Assembly: GCF_009914755.1 (NCBI RefSeq)
Contig: NC_060928.1
Length of the DNA: 64,000 nucleotides
Origin: the human T2T-CHM13v2.0 reference genome, Homo sapiens
Direction: 5' to 3' (one strand)
Position numbers and translations under genes: made by a program. Under the pieces are notes generated by a model that did no database searches, was not told where the DNA came from, and saw only the letters and a program-made list of their open reading frames with translations. Shown here piece by piece: positions 44,198 to 60,149 of the stretch; position 1 is the first letter of the stretch; each line of letters begins with the position of its first letter.

Positions 44198-47100
44198 GTT
44201 CATGTCTCACATCTTTTGGTCTCAATTTGTCTGAAAATGTCTTTATTTTATCTTCATTCCTGGATGATAGTTTAAAAAGCTATGGATTTCTAGCTTGACA
44301 GGTGATTTACCACAGTACTTTGCAGATAGTATTCAACTATACCTGGGCCTTAATTGTTGCTTTTGGGAAATTTCCTGTTAGTCTAATTGTCATTCTCCTG
44401 AAGGTAGCCTGCATTTTTCTCTTTGGTAGCTTTAAAATTTTTTTCTCTATTTATATGATTGCCTGCAGTTTCATTATGATGTACTGAGGTGCAGACTGAT
44501 TTTTAATTCTCCTGTTCAGGACTCAATGTCCTTATTCAACTTGCATACGTAAGTATTCCTTCAGTTCTAAAATGTTTTTAGCCATTGTCCCTTCAAATAT
44601 CACCCCATCCTGTTCCTGTTATTTTTCCTTTTTAAACTCCAGTTAGCAGTATGTTGGACCTTCTCCTCATGTCTTCCACATTAGCCTCTCTTTCATATCT
44701 TCTCACTTTTTATCTCTCTGTACTGCATTCCTAGGTGATTTTCTCAGATCTCTTTTCCATATAATCTACCATTTAATATCTATAGTGTTTTAATTTTAAT
44801 GGCAGTATTTTTCATGTTGAGGAGCTGAGAAATGCTCTATTCAATTCTCTCTCAAACATTTCTGTTCTTTTCCATAGGTATTTTTCCTTTACATATCTAG
44901 ATATTTAAACATTTATTTTATAGTTTCTTTCAGATGTTTTATTCAAATTTGGGGGGTGCTAATATGCATATCTAACATGTATTGTTTTGGCATGTATTGT
45001 CTTCTAGGTGAATCCCATGGGTTCTGGCTTGTGGATGGGACACTACAGAGTTTTAGCATTTGCTACTGCCATGGGTATAAGCATTTTACTTGTTCTGGAG
45101 CAGTTTTTATGCTAATTTCTCAGCTTAAACACTTTTTGCAAGACTCATGTAGTTTAAATTTAGACTCCACACTTGATGTGGTGCAGGTTTTTGTTTCTTA
45201 TTTCTTTCAGCTTCCTTGCCATGCTGGCTGGTTGGTTTAGTTTTATTGTCCTTGTTAGTAGACAGCGAAATCTTTGCCAAGCCCTGGATTTATGCAGGGA
45301 GCTCTATTTCAGGTGCTGGCCTTGTTGGAGTCTAGCTTCCTGTCACCTTTCTCTGTCTGTGTTCTAATACCCACTCCTCAAGCGCATATCTGTATTCAAT
45401 AGTCAGTGGGCCATCTGTGGCATTAGTTCTGCTTTAAAGCACCCTGCCTATGAATTTCCTAGTTTTGCACCTTTTAAAAACATTTCTTTTGAGCTTGGCT
45501 ATATATTTAAGACTTTTTTTTTTAAATGCAGAATTTCTGTGTGTTTAGAAAAATTTAAAAAGCTCAGTTTAGTTCCATCATTTTGATTGGTAACTGCAAA
45601 CTTCTTCAAGACAGGATCCATGTCTAACTTTTGTAAATGTCAAAAAGAATATGATAAACAAGTGCTATGTGTCAATCTTTGCTAAGCATTTCTCATGAAT
45701 GAATGATAGAGAGAAGGAAAGGAAAAAAGAAAAGAGAACAGTTAAAGGCTATGAAAACATACAGATTTGCATATGATGATGATAATTAAGGAAAATACTG
45801 GCAATTTATAAAAAGTAAGATTATCAAGTGGCCACAAAATTAGATATTGCATTTAGGAAGTTCTACAAAATTTTTGAGAGAGAAAGACTGATTTAGATTG
45901 TGACATGGGTAAAGCAAATTGGAAAATCAGGATGTCTGTGGAGCACAACACAACACGCATTTCATACTGTGCGGCTTGAAAAATGTGCTCATATGCATTT
46001 GATTCCTTAAGGGGGCATCCCTGGCTTTGCCCCAGCAGGTCCTAGAGGGGCACAGCCCATCAGCCTTTCAGCATGCTGGCTTTGTGATCTGGTAGCATGT
46101 GACCTGGTAGCTTTGTGATCATGTACCATCTGAGATCTCAGGCTTATCACATATAAAATTGGAATACTAATAATAATTCCAATCTTGCAGGGATGTATGA
46201 ACTAAGTATATGCAAGCTCTTAAATTATACTTCACACATGTTAGCTTTATTTGGAAATCATGGAGAGAATACAATGCTTCTTAAGAGACCAATGATCATT
46301 TGGTTGAAACAAACCAAGAAGGAGTCAAGTCTTAAAATAAGTTTTCAGGAATACAGTATTATGTTATTATTTTAAATTATTTCTATATAGAAGATGGCAA
46401 ATCTAGGGAAAAACCAGAGATAATGTAGGTTTTCAGAAGGTAGAAATAACTTGCCTAGAGTAGAACATGAGAACGGAACACCTCCATGTCAGAGTGTTTC
46501 TGTTATCAGATGTGTTAACAAAACATCCACACACAGATTAAAGATTAAAGAGAGACCTCAGATTCCACTTGAAAACAGATTAGAACGTTAATGTGTGACA
46601 ACACACCTAAAGAAAGCATTTTTTTTGCCACTGCAGTATGAACAGCATCTCTTTTTAACTCTTTGTGAGGTATTAACTAAATAACCTCTACAGTCTCCAT
46701 AGCTATCATTTATGGATTACCCGCCACCCACCAGAGCTAAATTTCTTCTTGCTAAATCTCAAAATGCCCTGTGAGGAATTATTCTCATATTCATGATAAG
46801 GAATTTTAGGTACATGTGAAGCCAGGATCCAAACCCAGGTTTTTTACTTCAAAACTCAGGCCTTCTCCTTTCTCTGTGTGCCAAGCTGAGTAATCATTTT
46901 TGGCCCTTTTTTCCAGAGTCATACAACTCTATTCAGTACCTCCAGTGTTTTGTTATTACAGTCACTCATTTGTTTATTCTTTGCTCCCCATTATGTGGTA
47001 ACATTTTGTGTTTTCAAATTCCATTGCTGTTTCCATTGCATGAAATCGAATTCTCTAAATGAAGAGTACTGAGCACTCAATATAGCTTGAAATTTCAAGA

Positions 47101-49007
47101 AAATAGGTCATCTTGAAAATGCATTTTATATCACATCATTTTTGCACAATTTTTTGTGCAATTGTGCATTTTTTTGCACAATTAAATTAAATGTATAGAA
47201 ATGTACATGCAAGGAAGTTGAAATAAGGACAATCTTTTGGCATAATATTGGTATTAATTTTGCAATATCGCTTTACAGAATATACTCTTTGCTACGTGCT
47301 TTTATTCATGTTATAATTTTACCTCATTTTGAATAGAATAATGTAAAAATATACTGACTACTTTGGGAAAGAGAAGCAAGCTCATATAATGCTTCTGTAA
47401 AACAAAAGTAAATCCATGACCGAAAGTCACCCTTGAACAGTGGACTAATACAAATGTGGTAATAGATTACTGATGTAGAAAACAGCCATATAGTGAACAT
47501 CAGACCTGAGTAACTAACAGCTGCTAGTCTCTACTTAAGAACCGTGAGTACTAATATACTTGCACATGTCAGCCATTTCTAAATATCTTCTTATTTGCAG
47601 GAACAGAATAAAAACTTTACTTTTGGATAAATAAACACAGCAGCCAAAGTGGGTCTAGAGACCCATTCCAGAGGTTGGGTTAAAATGAATAATAGTTCTA
47701 AAATATTTTTTAAAAAACACTTCAATAGTTTTGTAAACTTGAAATTTTCTCAAATGAGGAAGCCAATTTTATTTGTAGCTATAACTTCATCTGGTCTTCT
47801 CTTAGAACATCCATTGTACTAAACTAAAATCATATGATCATTTGGAAATAGTTTTAAAATATTAAGTTAAAATTATCTAACTTCTCCAAATCTGATTCAC
47901 TTGGGACTAAAGTGAATAATGAGAGTTAGACAATATTTTTTCCTTGCTTTGGAGAGAATTTGGGGTTAGAAATGGGGTTTAATTCATGTAAGAATAGTGG
48001 GAATTAGAAAAAGCCCATTAAAATCCGAGTGTGAGTAGGGCTTTCAAAATTTAAATGACTTGGGTGCTGGCTGCCTGCTTTTAACTGAGCACCTAAACAA
48101 TCTGAACAACTGTTTTATCTACAGGACCCACCCATGCTATCTTACCATCATTATGTCAACCGTGTTGCCCTATTTCACATTATGAGACTAGTCCATTGAG
48201 CCTATCAGCCAATGGCTGTCAGAAGGAACACTCTTGTTTTGCAGGTACTGGCTTACCATTCAGGTATCTGGAAGTCCTTCTAGAAGTAGTTGATTTGAGA
48301 AATTATTGCCCCAAATTAAATGTAATCGTAGAATCATATTCATGTTGTATTTTGACAGAAGTAGATATTTGACAAGCCCAAACTACAAAGCATTCCAGGC
48401 TATGAATGCCTGTAGAACTTGGGAGCTCTAAGTTTGAGTCTAAACACCTTCACGGACACTTCATGCGGTGGCCATCCACCACAGTGAGAACACAAGCAAG
48501 GCTCTTCCATCTTCCACTGTCTAAATCTGTGGGATGGTTTGAACTTCCCACTCATTCCAGGTTCTCATCAGCAACCTCTATTCTGAGGTTGCCTTGATCT
48601 TGTCAAGGGCTCAGTTGAGTTCACCTTTGAGTTTTAGGGGCTAGTTTTAGGGGCATGCTTACCACTCAACTCCTTAATGGTTTCCCAAGGTGTTACCCCT
48701 GAAATTCGGCTAGACCACTAGGAAGTCACATAGGCAGGCCTCCAAAGCAGTGCATTTTGCAGACATTATTTAACATTATGCCTCCACTGAACTCTGCCAA
48801 GAAATAGCCCTTTGCAGAAAAACTGCATCTTTGCAAGATGGCTTCTGAAGATGACTTCCATTTTTTGTTACTCATCATTCTTATTAAGACTCATGTGATA
48901 CATGGACCTTGAACTTTAGGCCTGGAAAAAGCTTCTTTCTTGATGCTAACTTCTACTTAATGAATCTCTGCAGGAAGTGAAAGCAGGCCATCGAGGGGAT
49001 ATTTGTT

Positions 49008-49460
49008 GTTCATAGCAGCATTATTCACAATAGGCAAAAGATAGAAGCAACCCAAGTGTTCACTGACAGATAAATGGATAAACATGTGGTATATGTATAC
49101 AGTGGGACATTATTGAGTCTTAAAAAAGGAAATTCTGACATATGCTACACCATGGATGAAGCTTCGTATTATGCTAAATGGAATACGCCTGTCAGAAAAA
49201 GACAAATACTGCATGATTTCACTTATATGAGCTATCTAAAGTAGTCACACTCATAGAAACAGTAAGTAAAACGGTGGTTACCAGGGGCTGGGGGTAGGTG
49301 GGAATGCAGAATTAGTTCAGTGAGTACAGTTTTAGTTTTGCAAGATGAAAAAGTTCTGGAGACTGGTTGCACAACAATGTAATACTACTACTGAACTGTA
49401 CACGTAAAAAGGGTTAGAAGGCAAATTTTGTTATGTGTATTTTTTTATCACAACTAAAAT
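49008..49460 (+). mobile_element. L1MB-like 3' end
   Basis: Homologous by eye to 20695-21100 (gttcatagcagcattattcacaataggcaaaag...). Confidence 0.82.
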
Positions 49461-49518
49461 ATGTTTTGAAAATTAGAAAAACAAGAATCTCTACAACCCA
49501 TAATCCTACCTGTTATAA

Positions 49519-49826
<308 letters not shown>

Positions 49827-50717
49827 TATACTTTGAGATCGATTAAGAAACTAATATTTGTGTTTAATAATGCAACTTCTGTTAGCATTCAGGTGATTCA
49901 TTCTTCTTTTATAATATACAAAATGTCTGTCTTACTGTTTTAGCTACTTGCTTTTTGCCTTTTTGTGTCTTGAATAGTTTTTAGTTTTACCGTATCTGTG
50001 TTTTTATTGCAAGCTACGCTCAATGCTTTTGGAAAGCATGCGGGGTAAAAATTCTTTAATAAACTGTGATTTCAAAAAGTCACTCAGAAACAGTTCCTCA
50101 AAGACCTTTCTGATATAGTTTTGGTACCCTAAAGGGGAAGAAAAATAGAACTACCTTTATCACTCTTTTCTCTTTCCACGAACTCACATTTAATAAATGT
50201 AATCCTTTCACATCAGCCGATTTTATAAATGCCAAAGCACAAAAGCTTCCCAACTCTTCCACCTATGGGAACCTATGAAAAGTACAATGACATTTTTAAA
50301 CGTAAGATCCTTTAGTAATACTGCACTGAACTGTACCTTGTCAACTAAATACCTTTTAGGTATGTAAGACATCACTTTATTTAAGAAGGAACTACAAAAA
50401 GAAGCCTTTGAAATACTTCACATTAGCCCCTGGATTAAGCTCTACATAGCTCTCATCATTCTGAAGGTCTGTGTACTCTTCTGGATAGTGGGGTGCATAT
50501 CTTTCTATGACTGATTTTTGTATGGTGCATAGGTCAACAATTATGTGAGTGATAAATAAATATCTGGCAATAAACAGGAACAGGTAAATCAACAGATTTC
50601 ATAGACTTTCAGCTGTTCTTTTCTTTGTAGATATAAACAAAACAAAGGTTGTTTTGTTTTGCTCAATCAGGGTTGAAGTCTCTGGAATCTCAAGAGGAGG
50701 CCTCTCAATGAACACGT

Positions 50718-50728
50718 TTTTTGTTTTG

Positions 50729-50759
<31 letters not shown>

Positions 50760-51056
50760 TTTTTTTGAGACAGAGTCTCGCTCTATCGCCCAGGCTGGAG
50801 TGCAGTGGCACGATCTCGGCTCACTGCAAACTCCGCCTCCTGGGTTCACGCCATTCTCCTGCCTCAGCCTCCCGAGTAGCCGGGACCTGGGACTACAGGC
50901 GCCCGCCACAATGCCTGGCTAATTTTTTTTGTATTTTTAGTAGAGACGGGGTTTCACTGTGTTAGCTAGGATGGTCTCAGTCTTCTGACCTTGTGATCCG
51001 CCTGCCTCGGCCTCCCAAAGTGCTGGGATTACAGGCGTGAGTCATCGCGCCCAGCC
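50718..51056 (-). mobile_element. AluY with (TTTTG)n tail
   Basis: Y diagnostics gggttcacgccattctcc and gtgttagctaggatggtctc. Small internal duplication cgggac-ctgggac. Confidence 0.9.
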
Positions 51057-52763
51057 AAACATGTTTGTTAACATACTATTTATTAGTTTAGTAAACTGCC
51101 TCTAGGAATGTGTGTGTGTTACATTGTCAGAATGTAGGCAGCAATAGTGTCAATCTCGCAACAGAGAGTTAAATAACTTGACTGGTGTGGTGCACAGACG
51201 TAATCACAGCTGACCTGAAAGACCAGACCTTGTATCTGGTACTGCAAACTGCATCGTGTCTGAATAAATCTAACATCTTGTTACATGGTCAGTATAACAG
51301 ATGGTCCATGTCTCAGGCTTATTATATTCCTAAAAACAGCATGCAGAAAAACAGGTTTTTTCTTTCAAACCTCAATTAGAATAAAAATGACCCCAATTTG
51401 AACATTCAAATTATTCCAGTTTACTGTTAATTTTTTTCATAGTCTTATTAATTTTTCCTCAACTGACAAACAAGATGTATCTGTAGAAGGACCATTTTGC
51501 TAGTTGCAGTTCTGACACCTGTTCATTTTTATAGTACTTGCAGAGTTTATTTATAACCAGGGTAGAACTCAGCCATAAGGTCTAGAAATCACCTGAGAAT
51601 GCTATTGTGGTCTGCCTTACTGGACTAATGTGTTAGAGAGACTAATGTCCCATTGGTCTCCACAACATTCATCCATTCTCTCTTAATTCTGCATGGTCAA
51701 TTCTAGTAATAGTTAAAAGCTAATTCAGTATTTTATCACCTTAGTTGATGTTCCAGAAGAGATATGTTTTCATACAACTGCCCTTGGACTTCAACATCAA
51801 ATATCCACTGACTTTAATTCATGATACACAGATCAGAATAACATGTGACAATGTAAAAATCTAGAAGGGGCCTTGTTATATGGCAACTGTAATTTACCAA
51901 TGATAGTCCTAAAAGTCTGGAAAAAATTTTTTTAAACCATAAATCCTATATATAGTATTCTTAAAAACATTCCTTTATACAGTAGTTTTTAAAATAACTT
52001 ATATAGTCAGCAGTTTCTTCAGGGTACAAGGATATATGTCTTTAGTGCAGGAGAGAAAACATGTAGCCATAATCCACTGTAAAATTCAGATTTCGAACAA
52101 AGTTAAAATTGGGGGTATCTGTGATAAATCACATTACAAAAATGTTTTGCTTGACCAAAGGTTTAATCTTAGTATTCCTTGAACTGTGAATTTCCCCAGG
52201 CAGACCAGTACCAATACAATTCACTTAAAAAAGTGATTTCTAAGCAACTTTTCAGGACTGCTTATTGTATCATGTGAGGCACATCTGTCTCTGAGATATG
52301 TGTCTAGACACCACACACTAAAAAAAGACAAAGAGCAAACTATAGGAGATTAAAAAGGAAAAATAGTTTACTGGACATTATCTATACAGATACTAGGGGC
52401 CTTGGTACAGGGAAATCCATGAATACGCCTGGCACTTAATTCTTACTAGAAGAGCCTACTACCAGAGGCCATTCTGATAGTACCAAATATCACTGGATAT
52501 TTTAAGATTTAGTAAACTAAATTTTTAAATTCCAGGCTTTGCTAAGACAGTTTATATATGGCTTTGACAGAAGAACAGGCTCTAAGTGTCGACTAGACTA
52601 TAATGATTTGCTTATTCTGAGAAATTTTTTGGAAAGGCAGTCAAACCTCACTGAAAACAGCATTCTAGGATTTGAATCCAGGCTGTCTGGTCTCAGATTC
52701 TGGTCTCCTAACTGCTGTATTAAGGTTAAAACACCCAACAGCAAGCTTGGAGACTCACGATCA

Positions 52764-53140
<377 letters not shown>

Positions 53141-54441
53141 TTCTCTAGTGAAGTATTTTTTTCACTCTCAAGCCTCGTATTTGTAGGCTAGGCTATAGAT
53201 TTTAATACTAAATTTCTGAAAATTTAATGATATGCAGATCTCAGATGGTTAAACAGAAGACAGAAAACCTTTGGTGAGATATTATTGCTTCATATAGGGA
53301 CATTTTGGGTATAAACGTAAAGACACTGCTTACTTTCAATAAATGACTATCGTTTCCTCACTTATAAAATGGGGCTGCAAAAAGGTAGGATTCCTTTACT
53401 TGATAACTTTGTTCACATTCTTGAAATTCAATAGTTAAATGCTAATTTAGAAACGTTACCAGACTATTGTTTGGGTAAAGGGTGACAGGAAATTACTTTT
53501 TCCTACTACAATAAAAGATTTGTATTAACCAACAACTCATGGGGTCATATTCTTGGAGTCACATTCATGGAGTCATATTCTTCCTAAAGCAAAAGTCGCA
53601 TTACTCCAGTAACCAGAAGCTGGCGCAGGATGGTGTAGAGAAGGACGTTTACTCTGATAAAATCTGGGTGCACAATTGTGCCTCCAAGGCGACAGCAGAG
53701 AGTGGCTCACATGGGCAGATGTGATTTTGCAGTGTGCGAATGTGTTGGGGTGGGGACAAGGAAGGTAGAAAGCAGGTGTGCTCACTTTATAGGATCACTG
53801 ATTCCTTTTTCTATCTTGAAGTCTATGATCCCGTAAAGTAAGCACACTTGCTTTCTATCTTCTTACTTTGGAAGAAGAAAACAGCTAAAGCTCCAGAGAC
53901 TCTGTTATCATAGACACTATTAAATTCATTAATCAAATTATACCCTAGAAAACATTTTTGGATGCCACAATTCTGTAGGAAAGGTAGTTTCTTCTATTGG
54001 AATCATCTAAAAGCTGATACATCATCTGCCTGAATAGAAAAGAAGGGTGATGTCCAACTCAATTAATTTATTAGAGATTAGCCACGTGTCGTTTCTTATT
54101 ACTGATTCTGAACATCTGTCACAAAGCAGATTTTGTTCAGGACATTATGAACAACTGCATCATTCATTACCGGGTGAAATAAGTGTAACACCACCAGGCC
54201 ACTATACCATCAGTGACATTCATTTCCCACAAAACATCAACACTGAAACATACACTACACATGCACACAAAATGGCATGAATACAATGATTATTCAATGT
54301 ATAGTCTAAATATTTCTTATCCTTTTAATCCACTTGTATGAAATTCCTTTTCTCAAGATAGATGAGGGGTAAAAGTGACATTTTCTAACCTTCTCCTCTA
54401 CTTCGAAATTCTGTGAACTTCCTCTAATCAGAACTAAGTAG

Positions 54442-54893
<452 letters not shown>

Positions 54894-55088
54894 CTCCCTG
54901 GGATTCTTGAGTAAAGCACTGGGCTCTTGGCAATCTTGTGAAAGAAAGGCAAGTGCAGTCCAAGCCCTCCCTCACTGTGATGCTTTGTACAAAGAACTGG
55001 AGGGTGGCAGAATGTGAGAGGGAAGGAAAGGGGGCAGGGGCAGCCACTTGGCAGCAATGTTTTCTGCAACAAGGAAAAGGAACAGCAG

Positions 55089-55523
55089 TGGTATGGTTTG
55101 AGTGTGTCCCTCAAAATTCATATATTGTCACTTAATTGTCAATGTGCTAGTAAGAGGTGAGGCCTGTAGGAGGCTCCACTTCTCAATCACCCGCTACAAT
55201 CACCTCCTGTAGGAGGAGATCAAGTAGTAAGAGCAGAGCCCTCATGGATGGGCTTAGGGCCTTTATAAAAGGGGTTGAGGGGGGTGAGTTTGGCCCTTCT
55301 GTCCTTTCTGCCACATGAGGACAAGGTGTTCTTTTCCTCTGGTAGAAGCAGCAACAAGGTGCCATCTTGGAAGGAGATGGCAGCCCTTACCACACATTGA
55401 ACCTGCTGGCACCTGCAACTTGAACTTCTCAGCCTCTAGGACTGTAAGAAAATAAATTTCTATTGTTTATACATTACTAAGTCTCACGTACTTTGCGAAC
55501 AGTGGCACTAACAAACTAAGACA
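55089..55523 (+). mobile_element. MaLR solo LTR (MLT1A/MST-like)
   Basis: tggtatggtttgagtgtgtccc...aactaagaca; perfect 5-bp TSD agcag. Confidence 0.85.
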
Positions 55524-55709
55524 AGCAGTCAGGGAAAAATAATAATAGTAAAGAAAAGTCATTCCTCTGAGTAATTTCTGCAACTGAAATTTCACTGATT
55601 TTAAGACCAAGACTGATGGAGCTGCAAAAAAAAAGTTTTCAATTTAGAGCAACCATCTCAAAGAAAAGAGCACAGAAGTTCATACTGAAGTTTAAAAAAC
55701 AACAAAAAC

Positions 55710-56147
<438 letters not shown>

Positions 56148-56586
56148 TCAATAAAAAATGATACTGTCCCACTCACTCTACATGAGATAAGGAAGGGCTA
56201 TAGAGCAAAAGGAAGGGAAAGAGAAAGGGTCAAGCAGAAACAGAAAAATGAGAGGAGAAAGAGTGGGGGACCAGTCATGGAGAGAAGGAAGGGAAGCAGA
56301 AATGGTGAGGGAACAAAAGGAGAGGGGGAGAGACACAGCCCCCTCCCTCTGAAGCTTAAGCCTGCAGTTCTTTGGGCCCTGTGGTTTGACAGCTTCAACT
56401 CTGGATTGCAGAGACCCATCCCCTTTCCTGCTCAGGTACAGCATCTCACGCCTGGATTGTACCACCCACTTCACTATACCCATCCAATTCTAACCCTCTG
56501 GGAGGACAGCATGGCCTTTCAAGCTACACAGTTTTGCCCGGCAGCTTTCCTTGACCACTGTAGTCCAGAAGAGTCACCTGCTTTTT

Positions 56587-56709
<123 letters not shown>

Positions 56710-57594
56710 CACCTGCTTTTTAAACTCGAGTGCCCATCCATAACACCTGTCATCCATCATTTGTCTTCACCTTGTTGGGCCACCATTTATGCATTTAGGT
56801 CTTACTTGTCCAGTAACTCACCAGCTACACTATAGAATTCTAGAGGATGGAAGTTATATGTTTCATTTCTTTTGATTCTGTACAGTAGCCACCATGGTAT
56901 AGATAGTTTCAATATTTACTACTGACTGGCGAAAGGCTGGTCTTTTAGCTAAATAGTAAAAATAAAGAGAATTTATTCTCACTTTAGGGGAAGTGATTAG
57001 GATATTCATTTATAATACTGTACTACTCTTTTTTGAACACATTCTAACCACACATTCTCAAAGCTATGAGAATAAGTTATCTCACTGGTATGGTAGCACT
57101 ATATAATCATAACCATAGGAAGGTAGAGGGGACCTGTAAGACACTTCCATCTCCATTATTCTGCAGAGAAGAGAAATGCAGTATAACGAAAACAGCACGC
57201 ACTGTGAGGGGAGTCCTAGGCTCAGACCTGAGGCCCATCTCTCAGTGTGATGTGATCTTAGGTAATTTATTGGATCTCTCTCTGCCAAGGCAGCTGCATC
57301 ATTTATGAAAGAGTGACAATAATATCTGCTTTAAAATGTAATTGGTCTGTAAATAAGATGATTCATACAAAAGCATCAAGCAGAGTAAATGGCACGTGGT
57401 AGGCTCTGTAAGTATTTTGCTACTAGACTATGAGCCCTTTTAGGGACTATGTTCTATCTAGCTTTGATTTTCCGGCATCTGATATATAGATTAAGTCTTT
57501 CTTGAATGAGGAAACAGATCCAGACCTTGAAGTGAGGCTTCCCCAAAGCCAGGCGGAATTAGAGTCTGGGTTGGGTTTTAAAGGTCATCTAGTC

Positions 57595-58058
57595 CAGTGG
57601 TTCTCAAATTGTGGTCTGAGGACGCCAGGGTGTCCCCAAAACCCTTTCAAGGAGTCTGTCAGATCCTCTTTTTTCCAACTAAGTATCTGGGTGAGGCTAA
57701 ATTTTTTTCATATACCTCCCCCAAAACAACCCATCACAACAGACTAAATGTAAGAAGCAGAAGAGAGAATGCCATATTAAAGGAATTTGCAAACAGGCAA
57801 AACAATGCCATTCTTCTCACTTTTTTTGAAAAAAGTTCTTTTTCATAAAAATATTCATGTTTTATGTTATTTATAATATGTGATGGCTTTATGTTTCTTT
57901 TAAAATAAATTGATAAATCAATATTTTAGAAAAGTTGTTTTAATTTCTAATATGGGTAAATATCAATAGATATAACTTACATAAAGAAAAGCTCGTTAGG
58001 ATTCTCAATGCTTTGAGAGCGTAAAGGGTCCTGAGAACACACTGTTTACAAACTGCTG
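57595..58058. mobile_element. hAT-Charlie non-autonomous element
   Basis: cagtggttctcaaattgtggtc...tttacaaactgctg termini with an AT-rich interior. Confidence 0.6.
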
Positions 58059-58316
58059 GTCTGGGCTAATTCCCTCATTCTGTAGAAGGGAATTGAAGGC
58101 TCACTCACTCAACAACATGAAGCTCATTAACGACAATGTTAGGGACCGGGGCTTACGTCTTCAACAATTGAGCTCTTAAATACTGTCATGATATCAGAAA
58201 GGAAGAAAAACAGATACGGAGAAATAATTTAAAATATGAACCAAAGTTCCAGTTTTTCTAAGAACACTTTATTTCCCATTTGTGTTGTTCATATATTGGG
58301 TATGTCTCTCTCACCT

Positions 58317-58611
58317 ATTTTATTTTTTTGAGACAGGGTCTTGCTCTGTTGCCCAGGCTGGAGTGCAGGTGCGATCTCGGCTCACTGTGGCCTCAACTTC
58401 CCTGGGCTCAGGTGGATCCTCCTACCACAGCCTCCTGAGTAGCTGGGGCCACAGACACATGCCACCACACCTGGCTAATTTTTGTATTTTTTGTAGAGTT
58501 AGGGTTTTGCCATGTTCCCTAGGCTGGTCTTGAACTCCTGAGCTCAAGCAATCTGCCCACCTCAGCCTCCTAAAGTTTTGGGATTACAGGTGTGAACCAA
58601 GATGCCCAGCC
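58317..58611 (-). mobile_element. AluJ-like
   Basis: Reverse Alu with ctcctgagctcaagcaatc. Confidence 0.88.
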
Positions 58612-58661
58612 ATCTCACTTATTTTAAAGGATAATTCTTATGAAAGATGATACATGATTAG

Positions 58662-59052
58662 TGCTATGATTTGAATATGTCCCCCAAAGTACATGTGTTA
58701 CAAACTTAATCCCAAATGCAACAGTGTTGAGAGGTGGAGCCTAATAACCGGTGACTAGGTCATGCTGCCCTCATGGATGGATTCATGTTCTGATAGGAGT
58801 GGGTTATCTTGAGAGAGGATATGTTATAAAAGCAAGTTTCAGCCCCATTTGTGCTCATGCACATTCTCTTTCTCTTTCTTTCTCGCCCTTCTGCCTTCTA
58901 CCATGAGATGATGCGGCAGGAAGGTTCCCGCCAGATGTGGGCCCCTTGATCTTAGGCTTCTCAGCCTCTACAACCGTAAGAAATAAATCTTGGTTCTTTA
59001 AATTACCCAGAATCAGGGATTGTGTTATTGCAGTACAATATGGACAAATGAT
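58662..59052 (+). mobile_element. MaLR solo LTR (MST-like)
   Basis: tgctatgatttgaatatgtccccc...aaataaat...aattacccag...tgttattgcag. Confidence 0.8.
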
Positions 59053-59179
59053 GATTGGTTAGAGTTTCAAATATATATCATGTCTGAAACCATCATTAGG
59101 CTCCAAAGCTCTATACTGTGTGTAACTGCCTGAAAATCCAAATTCCATAGTAAAGGTAGAAGCCTTATGTAGCTAAAAA

Positions 59180-59345
59180 ACTCTGAGCATTGGATAGACA
59201 GACACCTGTGTTCAAAACTTTGGGCTTTGGTTTCCTCATCTTTAAAAGCAGGATCATAAATTCCAACCTCACAGAGTTGTGAGGATTAAATAAAATGGAG
59301 TATTGGAGATAGTATTTAGCACGACACCTTCCATAAGCTTCCAGC
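59180..59345 (+). mobile_element. MIR
   Basis: tttcctcatctttaaaa...cctcacagagttgtgaggattaaat core. Confidence 0.7.
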
Positions 59346-60149
59346 ATCAGCTCAGAATCCTTCAAATCTCCCTCTAAACTGATTATCAGTTACTTTTCCA
59401 CTATAGTGCCCAGGTAAGTGGAGACTGACATACAGCTGCAGTGGACAGGAAGTGGGGAAGTTCTAAACTGCTAATTCCACTGCTTCTGTTGAAGTGACGT
59501 CTATTTCAAGGGAGAGGGGCACAGATGATGTCTGTGATGATGATGTTATACAAGGTTGTCACACCTGTAGGTATGTATGTTGGCTCGGGCAACACTCCTA
59601 CTGCAGCTCCACTGATCCAAGTGCACAGTGCGCTTTAATAAGCAGGCCGAGGGTCTCCAAATATGACCTTCTTGTTTGTTTCCCTTCATCCTCCACTTGT
59701 TTTTTTCAGAACAGTGTCAGCTGCCAGAACCCAGGGAAAATTAAACAACCTTTTCAGAGCCCTTCCCCACATGACCCTATTAAATAAGCTTGGGGTTCAT
59801 GGGTGCAAAAGAGGAAAATTATAAAACCAAAATCATCTCTCATGTGATACAATAAAAATAATCGTGTGGTTCAATTTCAGTTCTAGAAATGTCTAAAGAC
59901 ATAAGTTCATAAAATGCTTTAAACAGCAAGACACATTCAAGTGTGTTTCCCTTCTTCAATCCAGAGCAGTGCCAGCAAAGCTACTATCTCTAGGTCTTGT
60001 GGCCTGTGTCAAGGGGGGAGTCTGGAGCCTTCCTTTGTTTTAGAGTTGACTGGCCCATTCCTTTCCACCTGCCCTATCTCGGAATAGAATCACTGCATAA
60101 AAATAATTTTTCTCCATTTACCAAATTTTCAATAAAGAAATCTACTCCA

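Larger units (their letters stand above)
41480..45000 (-). mobile_element. Degraded old L1M fragments (host of MER11 and an Alu)
   Basis: Reverse L1-like motifs (ttccactactgatggacacttgggttgtt, cattccaaccagcag) and long T-rich tracts. Confidence 0.55.
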
